Assembly (NCBI GenBank): GCA_963815455.1
Contig: CAWFGO010000001.1
Coordinates: 352,001 to 416,000 of the forward strand
Direction of reading: 5' to 3'
DNA length: 64,000 nt
Origin: an uncultured Verrucomicrobiae bacterium
GTDB lineage: Bacteria > Verrucomicrobiota > Verrucomicrobiia > Chthoniobacterales > UBA10450
Both the position numbers and the translations under genes were made by a program. Position 1 is the first letter of the stretch. Each line of letters starts with the position of its first letter. The notes below the pieces were generated by a model. That model was not told where the DNA came from and did not search any database. It saw nothing but the letters and a program-made list of their open reading frames with translations. Shown piece after piece: positions 30,605 to 42,363 of the stretch.

Positions 30605-31485
30605 ATGTTTCGCGGCACTTTCACTGCACTGGTCACGCCATTTCGTAACGGCGATGTCGATCTTCCCGCTTTCGAAAAATTGATCGAAGCGCAAATTGCT
30701 GCGGGAATCAGCGGGCATCGTGGCCATTGGCACGACCGGTGAATCGCCGACTCTGTCACATGAAGAACGCGAGCAGGTCATCCGGCTCGCGATCACGATT
30801 GTGAAGCAAGCGTTGCCAGGTTCTGGCCGGCACCGGTTCCAACAACACGCAACACGCGGTGGCGGATACAAAACGGCGGAAAAACTCGGAGTCGATGGCG
30901 CGTTGGTGGTCGCGCCGTATTACAATAAGCCGAGCCAGGAAGGATTTTTTCGCCATTTCAAGACAATCGCCGGCGCGACCTCACTGCCGATCATGCTTTA
31001 TAATATTCCCGGCCGGTGCGGCGTGGACATCGGCGCCGGAAACGGTGGTCCGCCTCGCGGCTGAATGCCGCAACATCGTGTCGATCAAGGAAGCGAGCGG
31101 CAGCGTCGATCGGGTCAGCGAATTGCGCGGTCGTCTTCCCGATTCGTTCACGATCTTGAGCGGAGACGATTCGCTCACACTGCCATTCATGTCGGTCGGC
31201 GCCGCCGGAGTTGTCAGCGTGGCGTCGAATTTGTTTCCCGCGGAAGTTTGCGCGCTGGTCCGCGCTTTTGAATCCGGCGACATGCAATCGGCGAGAAAAC
31301 AGCACCGGCGAATGTCCGGGCTGTTCAAGGATTTGTTCATCGAGCCTAATCCGGTCCCTGTGAAAACTGCGCTGGCGTGGCGTGGCGCGATGTCGAGCGA
31401 AGTGCGCCTGCCGTTGTGCGAAATGAGCGAAGCCAACCAGACGCGCCTCCGCAAAACGATCGAAGAATTCGAAAAATCGAAATGA
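30605..31485 (+). CDS. dapA: 4-hydroxy-tetrahydrodipicolinate synthase, frameshifted
   Basis: GTTGESPTL, PYYNKP, LYNIPGR, IKEASG, SGDD, NPVPVK. Confidence 0.95.
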
Positions 31486-32161
31486 GCAAACCGGTCCGCG
31501 CATTGCTCATCGGCGCAGCTGGACGCATGGGCAAAACGATTGTCGATCTGGCCAAGCGCGACCCGAACATCGACATCGTAAATCAATGCGATCTTGGCGA
31601 TGCGGTCGAACCGGTCATGAAGAATTGCGATGTGGCCATCGATTTCAGCCAGGCCGACGCGATTGCGGAAATTTGTCGCGGCAGCAATAGCGCATCTGCG
31701 TCCGCTCGTCGTCGGCACGACCGGTCATTCACCGGAGCAGAAACAGTTAATCGAAACGACGGCGCAGTCCTTGCCGATCGTTTTTGCATCAAATTTTAGC
31801 ATTGGCGTGAACGTCCTCTTCTGGCTCACAGGAAAAGCCGGCGAAGCTGGCCGGTGCCGATTTTTCTCCCGCGATCATCGAGAAACATCACACGATGAAA
31901 AAAGATGCGCCGAGCGGCACGGCCAAAACGCTGGCCGAAATTTTGAGATGCGAGCGCAAATCGGAGATCCCGATCCAATCGATCCGCGAAGGCGAGGTCG
32001 TGGGCGATCACACAGTTATTTTCAGCGGACCGGGTGAGCGTCTCGAGTTAACGCATCGGGCAGAGAGCCGGGAAATTTTTGCGCGCGGAGCGTTGCGCGC
32101 CGCGCGATGGGTAATCGGTAAACCGGCGGGACTCTACTCGATGCAAAATGTGCTGGAATGA
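31482..32161 (+). CDS. dapB: 4-hydroxy-tetrahydrodipicolinate reductase, frameshifted
   Basis: GAAGRMG, VGTTG, SNFSIG, KKDAPSGTA, FARGA. Confidence 0.95.
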
Positions 32162-32218
32162 TGATTCTGTAGCCGGGGGCGCCGACCCCGGCTGCGGTCA
32201 ACGCCCGCGGCTACAACA

Positions 32219-32722
32219 ATGAGAATTGGCGTCGCGCTGGGGTCGAATCTTGGCGATCCTATGGCAAATTTGCGGACCGCGCGAAAAGCGCTCTCCCATC
32301 TTGCCGGCGTGACACCGCCGATTCTTTGCTCTCCGATTTACGAAACGGACCCGGTCGATTGCGAACCGAGCGCGGGAAAATTTTTGAACGCTGCGATCGA
32401 GTTCGGTTACGAGGGAGATTTACTCGAACTTCTGGGAAAAATCCGGGAAATCGAAACCGCCCTGGGCCGGCCGGCCGATCATCCGCGCTATGTTTCGCGC
32501 AAGATCGACATCGACCTTCTTTATGCGGACGACACGACGTTCGATAGCCCTCAATTGCAGTTGCCGCATCCGCGGATGCATGAGCGAAAATTCGTTCTTC
32601 AACCGCTGGCCGACATTCGGTCAGATTTGATCTTACCGGACCAAACCAAGACCGTTCACGAGTTGCTCGCGCAACTTGGGGATTCGAGTAAAGTGGTGCG
32701 CACCGACTGGAAACTGGAATGA
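32219..32722 (+). CDS. folK: 2-amino-4-hydroxy-6-hydroxymethyldihydropteridine diphosphokinase
   Basis: ALGSNLG, FLNAA, R.IDIDLL, LPHPRM.ER.FVL.PL. Confidence 0.95.
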   Translation: MRIGVALGSNLGDPMANLRTARKALSHLAGVTPPILCSPIYETDPVDCEPSAGKFLNAAIEFGYEGDLLELLGKIREIETALGRPADHPRYVSRKIDIDLLYADDTTFDSPQLQLPHPRMHERKFVLQPLADIRSDLILPDQTKTVHELLAQLGDSSKVVRTDWKLE

Positions 32723-33492
32723 AAGATTTCCGCGAAATGAAACGCCGGGGTGAGCGGATCACGGCGCTGACAGCCTACGATTATCCGACGGCCCGTTTGC
32801 TGGACGAGAGCGGGATCGACATCATCCTGGTGGGCGATTCGGTTGGGATGGTCGTGCTCGGTTACGAGAACACGACGCGAGTCACGCTGGAAGAGATGTT
32901 GCATCATACGCGGGCTGTAGCTCGCGGAGTGAAACGGGCGTTGCTGGTGGCGGACATGCCGATTCATACTTACGAAACGCCGGAGCAGGCGGTGGCTACG
33001 GCCAGGCGTTTTGTCGATGTTGGCGCGCAGGCGGTAAAACTCGAGGGCGGCACGAATCACGTCGGTCAGATCGAAGCGATCACGCGGGCCGGGATTCCGT
33101 TCATGGGGCACATCGGGATGCTGCCGCAAAGTGTGCGCGAAGAAGGCGGCTACAAAGTTAAGGGACGAACCCAATCGGAGGCCGAAGCGCTAATCGCGGA
33201 TGCTCGCGCAGTTGAAAAGGCCGGCGGGTTTTCCGTGGTCCTGGAAATTGTGGTGGCGGACATCGCGAAACAGATCACCAATGAACTTAGCATCCCGACG
33301 ATCGGGATCGGTTCGGGTGAACATTGCGACGGTCAAATACTGGTCACGCACGATCTGATCGGTCTTTTTCCATGGTTCACGCCGAAGTTTGTTTCACCCG
33401 AAGCGCGGGTAGCCGATGAAATTCGGCGGGCAGCGTCTGCATTTATCGAACGAACGCGAAACGGCAATGCGTTGTCTAACACCCGATCATGA
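32719..33492 (+). CDS. panB: 3-methyl-2-oxobutanoate hydroxymethyltransferase
   Basis: LTAYD, LVGDS, KLEGG, GHIGMLPQ, IGIGSG..CDGQ. Confidence 0.95.
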   Translation: MKDFREMKRRGERITALTAYDYPTARLLDESGIDIILVGDSVGMVVLGYENTTRVTLEEMLHHTRAVARGVKRALLVADMPIHTYETPEQAVATARRFVDVGAQAVKLEGGTNHVGQIEAITRAGIPFMGHIGMLPQSVREEGGYKVKGRTQSEAEALIADARAVEKAGGFSVVLEIVVADIAKQITNELSIPTIGIGSGEHCDGQILVTHDLIGLFPWFTPKFVSPEARVADEIRRAASAFIERTRNGNALSNTRS

Positions 33493-34553
33493 AGGCCCAC
33501 GAGTTCGACGATTTGGAATTTGAAGCGCTTCTGACCGGTAGCAGACAGCGCAACTGGGTTTTTTTCGCGCTAATGGTCTCGCTGGCGCTGCATCTGGCGC
33601 TCTGTTTTTGGTTTTATCGGACGCAGTTCCAATCGGCCGAGGCTTTGTTCGCCGATCATCCTCAGCCGCCGACTTTCAAGGTCAGGAGTGTGGACCTGAA
33701 CCCGAGCATCGACAAGAACAGTGTCGATCAAACCAACACCGCGGCGAAACCCGAGCCGGACAACACCGACGTGCAATTGCCGGATGAGAAAAGATCGTTC
33801 GACAAACTTTTGCAGGAAATCCAGGCCAGCACCGCGATGCCGGATGAGACAAACGATGTCTTGCCGGACAAGCCGAAAGTGGAGCAACCGGATGTCACTT
33901 CTGTGCTCAGCGAGATCGAAAGGAGCAGCGCCCAGGTTCTTTCCAACAGCCCGAACGCGACGCACGAACAATCATTGCTTAACGACACCGCGGTTTCGGG
34001 CCGGCCGCAGCCGGCTCTGGACGGAAACGAGCTGGCCACGAGCACCACGATTAAACGGCCAAATACATTTACCAGCAAACTGCCCGCGGACAGCGCCGGG
34101 CCGAACAAGGGACGGGCGCCGGGATTCAGCGATCTCGATCAATTGCTCTCGCAGAAGGGTCCCCTCGGTTCGGGGACGAAGTTACGAATGCCGGACGATC
34201 AACTTTTTCAATACGACAGCGCGGATTTGCAGTCGAGCGCGATGTGGCAATTGCAAAAGCTCGGCACGTTGATCAAACGCAATCCGAAAGCGACGTTCAC
34301 GGTAGAAGGTTACACCGACTCGTTTGGCCCGCCGGATTACAATCTGGAGTTAAGCCAGCGCCGGGCCGAGGGCGTAAAGGCTTATCTGGTCAACGTGATG
34401 GGGATTAATCCGGCGCAAATCGAAACGCATGGTTACGGGCAATCAAAATTTATCGTCCCGCCTAATCCGAATGCCGGGGAAACCGATGCCGAGATCGCGC
34501 GGCAACAACCGAATCGGCGAGTCGAAATCGTGGTCCACACGAACGAGCGATGA
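33489..34553 (+). CDS. Membrane-anchored OmpA-family peptidoglycan-binding protein
   Basis: N-terminal TM; EGYTD...YN..LS.RRA..V, GYG, NRRVEI. Confidence 0.85.
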   Translation: MKAHEFDDLEFEALLTGSRQRNWVFFALMVSLALHLALCFWFYRTQFQSAEALFADHPQPPTFKVRSVDLNPSIDKNSVDQTNTAAKPEPDNTDVQLPDEKRSFDKLLQEIQASTAMPDETNDVLPDKPKVEQPDVTSVLSEIERSSAQVLSNSPNATHEQSLLNDTAVSGRPQPALDGNELATSTTIKRPNTFTSKLPADSAGPNKGRAPGFSDLDQLLSQKGPLGSGTKLRMPDDQLFQYDSADLQSSAMWQLQKLGTLIKRNPKATFTVEGYTDSFGPPDYNLELSQRRAEGVKAYLVNVMGINPAQIETHGYGQSKFIVPPNPNAGETDAEIARQQPNRRVEIVVHTNER

Positions 34554-34555
34554 CT

Positions 34556-34630
34556 CTGTAGCGGCGGTCTCCGACCGTCGCTCGAATGCCCAAAAGAAAA
34601 AAATGCGACGGTCAGAGACCGCCGCTACAG
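34556..34630. repeat. GTAG-type REP doublet between convergent genes
   Basis: ctgtagcggcggtctccgaccgtcgc ... gcgacggtcagagaccgccgctacag. Confidence 0.9.
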
Positions 34631-34634
34631 ATTC

Positions 34635-35261
34635 CTACCAGTTTTTGATCCACTGATTTTGATCGTCGGGCGGATTTGCGTTCGCGGTGCTCCAGAGATC
34701 GAACGTTGGATTGTATCCGCCGGCACCGCCTGCGGCCTTCATTGTCGAATAACCGTAACTGTTCCCAAACGCGTCGCGCAAATAATCTATCGTGTTCGCG
34801 GCGGATGGAGGCTGGGTCATGTCGCGCCTGCCTAACGTAGCTGGTTTGAACTGCATATAAGAACGCTTGTTCGGATCCAGGCCACCGTCGAGGTGCGGAT
34901 CCCCCGAGAGTTCCATATAAAGAAATTGCGAAGCACTTTTGTACGCGGTCCAATTGATCGTTCCACGAGCATCGAGAGTATCCGTCTTAACGGGATCTTG
35001 CGGATAAGCGCCATTATCGGCCTTATAATTTTCCAGCGCGGCAGACATGGCGGCGATTTCGGCCTCGGCACGAGAGCGCGCGCCCTTTTTTTGCACATAC
35101 CCGCTGGTGGCGAGAATCAACCCTCCCAGCACAGCGATAATCGTGATGACCACGAGCAGCTCCATGATGGTAAACGCAGATGTAGTGGCGGGCGTGTCGT
35201 CCGCAATTCCGGCGATTTTGCGGCCGACACGGCCGCCTCTACAACTTCCACGGCGGGTCAC
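34635..35261 (-). CDS. Prepilin / GspG-like pseudopilin
   Basis: AFTIMELLVVITII.VL; ALE.Y..D.G.YP; D.FG..Y.Y; FDLWS; W..NW. Confidence 0.85.
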   Translation of the reverse strand: MTRRGSCRGGRVGRKIAGIADDTPATTSAFTIMELLVVITIIAVLGGLILATSGYVQKKGARSRAEAEIAAMSAALENYKADNGAYPQDPVKTDTLDARGTINWTAYKSASQFLYMELSGDPHLDGGLDPNKRSYMQFKPATLGRRDMTQPPSAANTIDYLRDAFGNSYGYSTMKAAGGAGGYNPTFDLWSTANANPPDDQNQWIKNW

Positions 35262-36550
35262 GTTTGCTGTTGCAGGCTGCTGATGATGCTGATGAGCGGC
35301 ATGAAAAGCGCAATCACGATCGTGCCGACCACGAGGGCGAGGAAAACGATCATGATCGGCTCCAGCATGGAGGTGAGCGCAGCCACGGAATTATCCACTT
35401 CGTCGTCGTAGACATCGGCAATTTTCAAGAGCATGTCCGGCAGCCGGCCGGTTTCCTCGCCGACGTCGATCATACTGATGACCATCGGCGGAAATGCGCC
35501 GCTGGCTTCGAGCGGTTGCACAATCGATTCTCCTTCCTTTACGCTGTCGTGCACTTGCGAGATCGCGCTGGCGATTTCGGCGTTACCCGCGGTCGCACGC
35601 GTGATGTTGAGCGCCTGCAGGATCGGCACACCGCTGGTGACCAGCGTGCCCAGCGTGCGCGAGAAACGGGAGATCGCCGTCTTGCGCAGCAGATCGCCAA
35701 AAAGCGGGACCCGCAGTTTGAAACGATCGATCGCCGCTCTTCCGCCCGGTTTGCGGGCGACAAACTTGTAGGCCGCAACCACCACGATGACCAGGCCGAG
35801 AATAATCAGGCCATGATTTTTTACGGCATTGCTCGCACCGATCACGAAAAGCGTGATGGCCGGCAGCGGTTTGTCGCCGAGCATGTCGTGAAAAATGGCC
35901 TCGAACTTCGGCACAATGAAGACGAGCAGGAAAGACAAGATCGCCACCGCCATGATCAAAACGATGATCGGATATACCATTGCCGAAACGACCTTGTTCT
36001 TGATTTTGGTCGCCTTTTCCTGGAACTCGGCCAGCCGGTTGAGAACCACTTCGAGCACGCCGCCCAACTCGCCCGCTCTTACCATGTTGACGTAAAGATC
36101 GTTAAAGATCAGCGGATGCTGGGCAAGAGTGTCGGAAAAAGTGTTCCCGCTTTGAACCGAGTCGGCCAGCTTGTCGATGGTGCTCTTCAAAACCTTGTCG
36201 CGTTCCTGTTTGCTGAGAACATTGAGACCGCGCAAGAGCGGCAGGCCGGAATCGATCAGGGTGGCCAATTGCCGGGTAAAGATCATCAGGAGCTTGGGCT
36301 TGATTTTCTTGCGCTGGAACAGCTTGATCTCCATGCGCGCTCCCCTTGCCCGCGGCGCCCGGGCCGCTTTAGCCGCTTTGGCCATCGTCTTGCCATCCGG
36401 CCCGCCGCCCTTGCCCTCTTCATAAACACTGGTCGGGAAATAACCGGCCTGACGCAGTTGACCGATCGCCTCGTTGGTCGAGCCAGCCTCCACTAATCCG
36501 GTCGACTCCTGCCCGCGCGAATCGAGAGCGACGTAAGTAAAACGCGGCAT
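35258..36550 (-). CDS. pilC: Type II secretion F / PilC platform protein
   Basis: FTRQLATL, VRAGE.GG.L, SAMVYP, GEETG.L, LEP. Confidence 0.9.
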   Translation of the reverse strand: MPRFTYVALDSRGQESTGLVEAGSTNEAIGQLRQAGYFPTSVYEEGKGGGPDGKTMAKAAKAARAPRARGARMEIKLFQRKKIKPKLLMIFTRQLATLIDSGLPLLRGLNVLSKQERDKVLKSTIDKLADSVQSGNTFSDTLAQHPLIFNDLYVNMVRAGELGGVLEVVLNRLAEFQEKATKIKNKVVSAMVYPIIVLIMAVAILSFLLVFIVPKFEAIFHDMLGDKPLPAITLFVIGASNAVKNHGLIILGLVIVVVAAYKFVARKPGGRAAIDRFKLRVPLFGDLLRKTAISRFSRTLGTLVTSGVPILQALNITRATAGNAEIASAISQVHDSVKEGESIVQPLEASGAFPPMVISMIDVGEETGRLPDMLLKIADVYDDEVDNSVAALTSMLEPIMIVFLALVVGTIVIALFMPLISIISSLQQQT

Positions 36551-36563
36551 GGTCGCTACGCTA

Positions 36564-36690
36564 AAGCTCCAAATCCCAAGTTCCAAGTTCCAAAGAAACT
36601 CCAAATCCCAAGCTCCAAACGACAATCAAGCGCGCAGGTTTGGGATTTGGAGCTTGGGAATTCCTTGGAGCTTGGGTTTTGGGATTTGAG
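36564..36690. repeat. Inverted array of heptamer tandem repeats
   Basis: (aagctcc/aaatccc/aagttcc)n ... (gggattt/ggagctt)n. Confidence 0.8.
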
Positions 36691-36700
36691 ATTTTTCTCG

Positions 36701-38387
36701 TCACGTGTATTTCAGTACTTCTTCGATCGTAGTATCTCCCGCAAATATGCTGCGCAATCCGTCCTGACGCAGCGTGACCATGCCGAGCTCGACCGCTTTT
36801 TGTTTCAGGGTCACGGTCGGCGCGCGCTCGTTGATCAATTCGCGGATCGGGTCCGTGATCTTGAGCAATTCGTAAATTCCGATGCGGCCTTTGTACCCGG
36901 TGTGATTGCACGCATCGCAACCTTTGCCGTAATGAAATTCCTTTGCCCCGATGTCGCGCCGCGACAGATCGAGTTGCGCGAGCAGCGCTTCGTTCGGCTT
37001 GTATGTGGTGCGACAATTCGGGCAAATCCGGCGGAGCAATCGTTGCCCGAGGACCGCTTCCAGGGTCGAGGAAATGAGGAACGGCTCGACGCCCATGTCG
37101 ATCATACGGGTCACCGCGCCGGGGGCGTCGTTGGTGTGCAACGTGGTAAAAACGAGATGCCCGGTGAGCGACGCCTGAATGGCAATTTGCGCCGTCTCCA
37201 GATCGCGCGTTTCACCCACCATGATGCGGTCCGGGTCTTGTCGCAAAAACGCGCGCAGCACTCGCGCAAAAGTGAGACCGATGCCTTCGTTCACCGGCAC
37301 CTGCACGATGCCCTCCAGATCGTACTCGACCGGTTCTTCCGCGGTGAGCAATTTGGAATCGATCGTGTTGATCTTGCGCAAACAGGAATAAAGCGTCGTC
37401 GTTTTTCCCGAGCCAGTTGGTCCCGGTGGCGATGAAAATACCGTTCGGCCGCTCGATGACCTCGAGAATGTAAGCGTGGATGTAATCGGGCATGCCGAGC
37501 ATTTCGAGATCGAGATTCACCGTCGAACGATCGAGCACTCGCAACACAACGCTTTCGCCGAACTGAGTCGGCAAAGTCGAAACGCGAAGATCGACTCCGC
37601 GCCCGGCGATACTTTTTTGGATGCGCCCATCCTGGGGCAGGCGTCGCTCGGCGATGTTCATGTTCGCCATGACTTTGACTCGCGAGATGACCGGAAGAGC
37701 CAGATGACGCGGCGGCGGCGACATTTCGTAAAGCGCGCCGTCCACGCGATACCGAATTTTAAATTCGTTTTCGAACGGCTCGAAATGAATATCGCTCGCC
37801 CGGTCCTGGATGGCCTGGTACAAAATAAGATCGACAAACCGAATGATCGGGGTTGCGTTGGCCTCGGCTTCAGAAATGGTGGCGCCGTCGCCTTCGCGCA
37901 ATTGCAAGAGTTCGCCCGCTTCGCCGAGCTGCTTGAGGATGTCCTCCATGCTCGCCGTCTCGGTGCCGTAGTACTGTTTGATCCGTTCTTCGATCTGCTC
38001 GGTCGGCGCGATCACAACATCGACATCTTTGCCAAGAGCAAACCGAAGATCTTCCGCCGTGCGCGGATCGAGCGGATCGACCAGCGCGATGCGCAATGTG
38101 TTGCCACTTAGTCCGATCGGCAGAGCGCGATGCAACCGGGCCAGCCCGCTCGGAATCAAATGCAAAATCTCCTGCGCGATTTCTTTGCCGGTAAGATCGA
38201 CAAATTCGGTGCCGAGCGCGTCGGCGATCGTCTGATAAAACCCGTGTTGATCGACGTAACCGCCGTCGATCATTGCCTGCGCGATCGTCTTGCCGTTCAA
38301 GTCCACTTCGTTCAGCACGTCTTCCGCCTGCGACGGCTGCAGCACGTGCTGCTCGACAAAAAGTTCCGCGACCTGTTTGTCGTTCAT
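36701..38387 (-). CDS. GspE/PilB secretion ATPase, copy 1 (frameshift in Walker A region)
   Basis: [40 protein letters not shown]. Confidence 0.9.
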
Positions 38388-38392
38388 AACGC

Positions 38393-40094
38393 TTAGCTCG
38401 CGTCTCCGATCGTCGTGGAAATCACTTCTTCGGCGGAAGTGAGTCCGGCCAGAACTTTGCGCACGCCATCTTCGCGCAACGTGCGCATGCCCAGTTCGCG
38501 AGCGCGTTGCCGCAAGTGCAAAGTCGAGTCGCGTTTGTTAATCATGTGCCGGACTTCATCGTCGATGATGAAAATTTCGAAAATGCCCATCCGTCCTTTG
38601 TAACCGGTCTTGCGACATTGGTCGCAGCCGACCGGTTTCATTACTTGCGCGTCTCGGACCTGGCCCTTCTCGATTCGCAGCGCCCGCAGTTCCGTCTCCG
38701 AAAGTTCGCCCGGTTGTTTGCAGTTGGCGCAAAGTCGCCTGACGAGCCGCTGGGCCATGATCGCCCGCACCGACGAGGCGACCAAAAACGGCTGCACGCC
38801 AATGTCGACCAAACGCGCGACCGCGGAAGGCGCGTCGTTTGTGTGCAACGTGCTGAAAACAAGATGTCCGGTCAGGCTCGCGTTGGTGGCGATGCTCGCC
38901 GTCTCCAGATCGCGAATTTCACCGATCATGATGATGTTCGGCGCCTGGCGCAGCATCGATCGCAACGCCGCCGGAAACGTCATCCCGATCTCCGGATTCA
39001 CCTGCACCTGATTGATCCCGGTCATCTGATATTCGACCGGCTCCTCGACGGTGATGATTTTGCGGTCGGGCTTGTTTACGTAATTCAAACAGGCATACAG
39101 CGTGCTCGTCTTTCCCGAACCCGTCGGACCGGTGACCAGCAGAATTCCGTCCGGCAATTTGATCAGGCGCTCGAACGTTTCCTGATCGTCGCTGAAAAAT
39201 CCGAGCTCCGGCAATCCGAGGAGCAAACTCGATTTGTCCAGCAACCGCATCACCACGCTTTCGCCATGGTTGGTCGGGATGGTCGAAACACGCAGGTCGA
39301 GCGGTTTCTTTCTGATCTTGACCTGGATGCGACCGTCCTGCGGCAAACGCTTTTCGGCGATGCTCATCGAGCCGGTCATGATCTTGATGCGGCTGACAAT
39401 GGCCGACTGCAAACGCTTCGGCGGCGCCTGCATTTCCTGAAGAACGCCATCGATGCGAAAACGGACACGGAATTTTTTGTCGAGCGGTTCGAGATGAATG
39501 TCGCTCGCGCCCAAGCGATGGGCTTCGACCAGTAACATCGACACCATTCGAATGATCGGCGCGTCGGTGGCATCGCCCTCGGCCATTTCCGCGCCTTCGG
39601 CGATCTCGAGGCCAAGATCGACATCGTCGCCGATTTTTTGTCGCAGAATATCGGCCGCTTCATCGGCCGTGCCGTAATACTTGATGAGCGCCTCCCGAAT
39701 TTTCTCCGGGCTGCTGCAAACCAGCTCGATTTCGCGCTGGAGCAAAAAACTGAGGCTGTCGATCGTGTCGATGTCCAGCGGATCGCTTACGGCAACGACC
39801 AGCCCGGTCTCGCCGAAAGCGACCGGAAGCACTTTGAATCGGCGCGCGTCTTCCGCGCGGATCTGTTTGATCACGTCCGGCGGAATGACCATGGAGGAGA
39901 TGTCGATCCAATCCATGTGCGCCTGCGCGGCGAGCGAGCGCGAGACATCGGTGTCCGAAACGACGCCGTCCCTGAATCAGAACATCGACAATCTTCTCGC
40001 CGTTCAGACGTTTGCGCGCGCTCTCGATTTGCTTGCGCGTAACGAGTCCCACGTCCTCGAGGACTTTGAGCACGTAATCTTCGTTGTGTTGCAC
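38393..40094 (-). CDS. GspE/PilB secretion ATPase, copy 2 (5' frameshift)
   Basis: [34 protein letters not shown], CxxC pairs. Confidence 0.9.
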
Positions 40095-40253
40095 CTGGGG
40101 AATGATGCCTGAGCGGGGAATTTACTGCAACCTTGCTCGCGAACTGCATGAACATGCCATGGAAAGCAGTGATCTGTATCGAGTGAAGCGCGATCTAACT
40201 GAGAATCGCGATTGGGGACCTCCGGGGAGCGCACGCGCCCAATCCGAGCCGGG

Positions 40254-42127
40254 TCACTCCACGGTCACGCTTTTGGCCAGGTTGCGCGGTTTATCCACGT
40301 CGCGGCCGAGCTCGACCGCCAGATGGTAGGCGAGAAGCTGAAGCGGAACGACGGTAAGGATCGGGATCAGACAATCGGGCACGTCGGGCAGCATGATGAT
40401 ATCGTTCGCGGTCCCTTTGAGCTGCTTTGCGCCGTTGCCACTGGTGACGGCGATGATCGGGCCTTTGCGCGCTTTGACCTGCTCCATGTTGTTCAGATTT
40501 TTGGAAAAAATGGCGTCGTCCGGCGCGATGAAAACCGAGGGAAGATCGGGTCGGACAAGCGCGATGATGCCGTGCTTGAGCTCCGCGCTGGGATGACCTT
40601 CGGCAAAGAGATAGGTGATCTCTTTCATCTTGAGCGCGCCTTCCAGCGCGATGGGAAAATTGAACTGCCGCCCAAAGAAAAGCATGCCGCTAACATCGGC
40701 ATATTTTTTCGCGATCGCCTTGATGTGGTCGCTCAGCTTGAGCACTTCCTCGATTTGTGCCGGCAACGCGTCGAGCGCACCGATGATTCGGCTTCCTTCC
40801 GCGGTCGAAAGATTGCGCATCCGTCCGAGAAGAAGACCGATGAGCGTGAGAATCGCCAAGCTGCGACGTGAACGATTTGGTGGCCGCGACGCCGATCTCG
40901 GGTCCGGCGTGCATGTAAACGCCGCCATCGCTTTCGCGCGCGATGGTGCTGGCGACGTTATTGCAAATTCCGAGCGTGCGATGTCCTTTGCGCCGGCTCT
41001 CGCGCAATGCGCCGAGCGTATCGGCGGTTTCGCCGCTCTGGCTGATCGCGAAGACGAGCGTGTCGTTCGTCATTGGCGTATTGCGATGGCGAAACTCGCT
41101 CGCGTATTCGACTTCGACTGGAATGTTGGCCAGATGCTCGATGAGATATTCGCCGACCATGCCGGCGTGCAGCGCGGTGCCGCAACCGGTAAGCACGATT
41201 CGACCGACGTCGCGCAATTGCTGCGGCGTCATGTTCAAACCGCCGAGTTTGGCCGTGCATTCCTCCAGATTTAAGCGGCCGCGCATCGCGTCCCGCACCG
41301 AGTTCGGTTGCTCAAAGATTTCCTTGAGCATGTAATGCGGGTAATCGCCTTTCTTGATGTCCTCGGCGCTGAATTCGACTTTGCTGACCTGGCGGTCCCC
41401 GGCCTCGCCGGCGACCGAACTGATTTCGAACTTGCCGCGCTCGACGGCCACCACGTCGAAATCGTTCAGGTAAATGGCGTCGCGCGTGTGGGCGACGATT
41501 GCGCTCACGTCGCTGGCCAGAAAATTTTCGTCTTTGCCCACGCCGAGCACGAGCGGACTGCCACGGCGCGCGCCGACGATAAAATCCGGAATGTCGGCGT
41601 GAACCAGCGCGATTCCGTAAGTGCCGATCACTTGCTTCAACGCCGATCGCACGGCGTTGACCAGGCGCGATTTCTTTTGATCGACATCGACCGTGGTCGC
41701 GCACGAGTCGTGTAAAGTTTGCCGATCAGATGGGCGAGAACTTCCGTATCGGTCTCCGAGCGAAAATTCGTGTCGCCGTCTTGAATCAGTTGTTCCTTGA
41801 GCGCCTGATAATTTTCAATCACGCCATTGTGGACGAGGGCGAGCTTGCCGCTGGCATCGAAATGCGGATGCGCATTTTCGTCGGTGACCTTGCCGTGCGT
41901 GGCCCAGCGAGTGTGACTGATTCCAAACGAACCCGGCGGCGGCTTGGCTGCGATCAGTTTGGCGAGCGAGGCGATCCTCCCGGCGCATTTGCGCGTCTCG
42001 ATCTGGTGATGCCGTTGACAATCGCGATGCCGGCCGAATCGTAGCCGCGATATTCGAGGCGGCGCAAGCCATCGAGCAAAATGGGCGCGGCCTCCGCGCG
42101 CCCGACATAACCGACGATTCCGCACAT
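40254..42127 (-). CDS. glmS: Glutamine--fructose-6-phosphate transaminase, frameshifted
   Basis: [40 protein letters not shown]. Confidence 0.95.
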
Positions 42128-42363
42128 ATTTTTGATGTAGCGGCGGGCGAGTCGCCCGCGATCCCGCCATTGTAACGCCGCCACGTCTAGTCGCAAGATT
42201 CGCGCCCGGGGAGAAGGTTTTTCCTAACCGCTCCGGAGATACGCCTCCCAACTCGCCGCGCGCAAAAAAGTTGCCCGAATGCGCAGACGCTGAGTTAATA
42301 CCATTGTGAAAACGCAGGAACTGTTGTGAGCCTCAGCCGACGGATCGACAACGGCGCGAATCT

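Noticed and set aside
35264..39535. Long antisense ORFs (e.g. 35264..36496 +, 38507..39535 +)
   Set aside because: Shadow ORFs typical of high-GC coding sequence, with no motifs.
36701..40094. Tandem GspE/PilB ATPases as an assembly duplication or novelty
   Set aside because: The copies are clearly diverged paralogues, and multiple such ATPases are common in PVC bacteria.
42128..42360. glmS ribozyme upstream of glmS
   Set aside because: No recognisable conserved core; the region holds a REP-like half and the divergent promoter region.
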